NCBI GenBank assembly: GCA_963664705.1
Contig: OY761556.1
Coordinates: forward strand, 4,928,001-4,992,000
Source of the DNA: Acidobacteriota bacterium
GTDB taxonomy: Bacteria; Acidobacteriota; UBA6911
Direction: 5' to 3'
DNA length: 64,000 nt
The position numbers and the translations under genes are program-made. Each line of letters opens with the position of its first letter. Positions within the stretch are counted from its first letter, which is position 1. Below the pieces are notes generated by a model. That model saw nothing but the letters and a program-made list of their open reading frames with translations. It searched no databases and was not told the DNA's origin. Below are positions 61,333-64,000 of this stretch, one piece after another.

Positions 61333-62897
61333 GTGATACAAATTGGGACAATGAATGGCGCCCAAGTGTAAACCCATGGATCATCGCGGTATCGGTGATG
61401 CTGGCCACTTTTTTGGAGGCGCTGGATACAACGGTTGTCTCGGTTGCGCTTCCAAACATGGCCGGCGGCCTGGCCTCCACGAATGAGGAAGCCACCTGGG
61501 TTTTGACGAGCTATCTGGTGGCTAACGCAATTGTTTTGCCCGCAAGCAGCTGGTTTTCTCTGCGCTTTGGGCGAAAACGATTTCTACTGATCTGCACGGT
61601 GCTGTTTACGATCGGCTCCTTCCTTTGCGGCATTGCTCCTTCCATGCCAATCTTGATTATAGCTCGCCTGATGCAGGGAGCGGGTGGCGGAGCATTGCTG
61701 CCTCTTTCGCAAGCTATCCTGCTGGAAAGCTTCCCGCGAGAAAAGCATGGGATGGCGATGGCTGCCTTTGGAGTAGGAGTAATCGTGGCTCCTGTCATAG
61801 GCCCCGTCCTCGGCGGATGGCTGACCGACAACTATTCCTGGCGTTGGATGTTCTTTATCAACCTTCCCGTCGGAGCCCTTGCTCTATACATGATGTCTCG
61901 TTTTGTGGAGGATCCGCCTTACATAAAAAACGCTAAGCCTGGAAATATTGACGCCATCGGATTTTCGCTTTTGACAATCTGGCTGGCTACCTTTCAGATT
62001 GTCCTGGATAAAGGGCAGCAGGAAGACTGGTTTTCCAGCACCTGGATATCCTGGTTTACGCTCATTTCTGTTGCCGGGATGATCGCTTTGGTTATCCGGG
62101 AGATGAAATGTCCGGAACCTATAGTGGACTTGAGTGTCTTCAAGGATCTTAATTTCGCTATCTCGAATCTATTGTCGGCAGTAATTATGGCTGTAATGTA
62201 CAGCGCCATCGCCATGGTGCCCCTTTTTGTCCAGACCCTTCTCGGCTATACATCGCTTTCCTCCGGAATCGCCACTGCACCGAGAGGCCTGGGTGCCATG
62301 CTTGCAATGCCGGCTGTCGGCAAATTGATGTCGCATGTTGAAGGAAAGTGGTTGGTTATGGTGGGCGTGGTTTTAACCATTGTCTCCACATTCATGTTTG
62401 GCGGCATCAATCTCGATGTGGCGATGATTAGTTTGGTGTTACCCAATGTTCTACAAGGTTTTGGAATGGGGTTTGTGATGGTTCCGTTAATGGCTATGTC
62501 AGTGGGTACTCTTCCACAGGCAAAGATCGGAAATGCCAGCGGAATTTTCAACCTGAGCCGCAATCTGGCCGGAAGCATAGGAATTTCAATATCCACGACG
62601 GCGCTGGCGAGGTTATCCCAGGTAAACCAGGCAGAAATGGTAAGTCACTTGTCTCCGTATGAACCGGCCTTTCGGGAAAGACTTGGAGCCATGCAGGCCG
62701 GGCTGGCTTCCGTTACTGGTGCTCCACAGGCGCAAACTCAGGCTTATGCGGTACTCAATGGCATTCTGCTCCAGCAATCGACCCTGAAGGCCTTCATCGA
62801 CGTTTTCTCGTGGACTGCACTAATAACGGTGATCTGTATACCCGGGACGCTGTTGCTGAAAAAGTCGATCGCCAAGGAGAATATTTCGTTTCACTGA
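61329..62897 (+). CDS. emrB: EmrB/QacA DHA2 MFS efflux permease
   Basis: LDTTVVSVALP, WVLTSYL, GPVLGGWLTDNYSWRW, KGQQEDWF. Confidence 0.93.
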   Translation: MSDTNWDNEWRPSVNPWIIAVSVMLATFLEALDTTVVSVALPNMAGGLASTNEEATWVLTSYLVANAIVLPASSWFSLRFGRKRFLLICTVLFTIGSFLCGIAPSMPILIIARLMQGAGGGALLPLSQAILLESFPREKHGMAMAAFGVGVIVAPVIGPVLGGWLTDNYSWRWMFFINLPVGALALYMMSRFVEDPPYIKNAKPGNIDAIGFSLLTIWLATFQIVLDKGQQEDWFSSTWISWFTLISVAGMIALVIREMKCPEPIVDLSVFKDLNFAISNLLSAVIMAVMYSAIAMVPLFVQTLLGYTSLSSGIATAPRGLGAMLAMPAVGKLMSHVEGKWLVMVGVVLTIVSTFMFGGINLDVAMISLVLPNVLQGFGMGFVMVPLMAMSVGTLPQAKIGNASGIFNLSRNLAGSIGISISTTALARLSQVNQAEMVSHLSPYEPAFRERLGAMQAGLASVTGAPQAQTQAYAVLNGILLQQSTLKAFIDVFSWTALITVICIPGTLLLKKSIAKENISFH

Positions 62898-62920
62898 ACT
62901 AATCTGGCTCAGCATAACAT

Positions 62921-63030
62921 TCACTTCCTTTGCAGTATTGGATAGAGCACTCCCTCTTCGACGCGCAGAACCTTGCTGGACAAACCATGGATTCTTTGGG
63001 AGATGGCATAGCCGTCAGCGTGCTGAAGCG
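62921..63030 (-). pseudogene. PadR-family regulator remnant
   Basis: GYAISQRIHGLSSKVLRVEEGVLYPILQR then stop; lacks normal N- and C-termini. Confidence 0.65.
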
Positions 63031-63121
63031 CAGAACAATTAACTAAACGGTATCGAACGGCGTATAGACTTCGCCCAGGCTCGACCGCATGATCGCAAGC
63101 GTTGCGGCTTTCATACCCCAT

Positions 63122-64000
63122 TTAACGTGCTGGAAAATTCTTCCGTTCGATGGTCCACCTCTCATCCGTGCACAGGCCGCATCGGTCTCCGACAAAGCGG
63201 GCAGCGGCCTTGGCATCACCGCGCAATTGCCAGTTCAGCCAGTCCACCGCCACCTGCGCAGCAGCACCACCATTGGGCTCGTGATAGGTGCCCCCATGAC
63301 CTACAGGCAGGTTAGCCACCGCGACGGGAACATGGTCGATCAACTGGAAGTCTTCCATGCCATTTTTGTAGGCAACGTCGGTCGGCCCACCCAGTATGTA
63401 GAGAACGGGCGTGTGATAGGTCTTCACGGTCGACTTGGGCACCTTGAGGCCGGGCATAGTGGCGCGCTCACCGTCATAGGTGCCCGTGTTCTGCATGATC
63501 AAGGTCTTCACGCGCGGGTCCCCGGCGACCAGAGCCGCCTGCAGGCCTCCGCAACTGAAGCCCGAGACGGCCACCTGCCGCGGATCAATGCGCCCGAAAT
63601 ACGGGCTGCCCTGACGGGTGTTCTCGTTCAGCGCCCAGTCGATGGCTTTGGTGAGATCCGATGTTTCGGTGCGCGGGAAAGGCTTTTGCTCGGCGGCAGC
63701 TGCGTGTGCGCCCGGGCCGCTGAGTATGCGACCCGAGGCAATCACCAGATAACCGTGGGACGCCAGCTCGAGCAGATGAAAGCGGGTGCTGGCCGCATCA
63801 TCCGAACAGCCGCCGTTTCCCCACGCGACCACTCCCAGCTTTAGCGAACCCATCGCCGCCAAGTTGGCCGGTCGATACACCACATGCCGTGAGAGCGCGG
63901 GAATCTCCTCCTTCATCGCCGGGTAGGCGCCGGTTCCCGGGGTGTCTGGACTGTTGTTCTGCCCCGCTCCCGGCGGGCCCATCGCTGCCCGATTGGCCCC
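63122..64000 (-). CDS. Alpha/beta hydrolase (chlorophyllase/cutinase-like), 5' end may lie outside window
   Basis: WGNGGC, GFSCGG nucleophile elbow, GPTD, GHGGT. Confidence 0.85.
   Translation of the reverse strand, partial: GANRAAMGPPGAGQNNSPDTPGTGAYPAMKEEIPALSRHVVYRPANLAAMGSLKLGVVAWGNGGCSDDAASTRFHLLELASHGYLVIASGRILSGPGAHAAAAEQKPFPRTETSDLTKAIDWALNENTRQGSPYFGRIDPRQVAVSGFSCGGLQAALVAGDPRVKTLIMQNTGTYDGERATMPGLKVPKSTVKTYHTPVLYILGGPTDVAYKNGMEDFQLIDHVPVAVANLPVGHGGTYHEPNGGAAAQVAVDWLNWQLRGDAKAAARFVGDRCGLCTDERWTIERKNFPAR

Noticed and set aside
1-64000. CRISPR arrays, tRNA/rRNA genes, prophage or integrase
   Set aside because: No regularly spaced direct repeats, cloverleaf patterns or phage genes seen by eye; the REP copies are dispersed

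Overview
Bacterial chromosomal window, probably from an anaerobic Acidobacteriota-like organism (inference from an acidobacterial-type PadR remnant and the REP-like repeats). No rRNA, tRNA or CRISPR array was seen. Left half: LysR/porin, cheW-MCP and CZB chemotaxis genes each preceded by a copy of the same structured attenuator RNA, a SecDF fusion with an upstream RAPP arrest-peptide ORF, an E1a/E1b/E2/LplA 2-oxoacid dehydrogenase cluster, and an IS110/IS1111-family element (nonsense-interrupted transposase, recognisable bridge/seekRNA guides) inserted in a REP repeat. The middle holds housekeeping genes (deaD, RNB nuclease, rubrerythrin, prfC). Right half: a ~13.5 kb metal(loid) island with a marR-hgcA-hgcB-arsM operon (mercury plus arsenic methylation), a convergent 12-gene ArsR-led operon (ArsF/G/E-like proteins, two AbrB-fused radical SAM enzymes, two exported rhodaneses, GcvH, OsmC, two DGC proteins) and arsR-acr3-radical SAM. 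After it come a probable exported UxxC selenoprotein split by an in-frame UGA and a TetR-regulated TolC/EmrA/EmrB pump. All family calls are from motif recognition by eye; no database searches were run.
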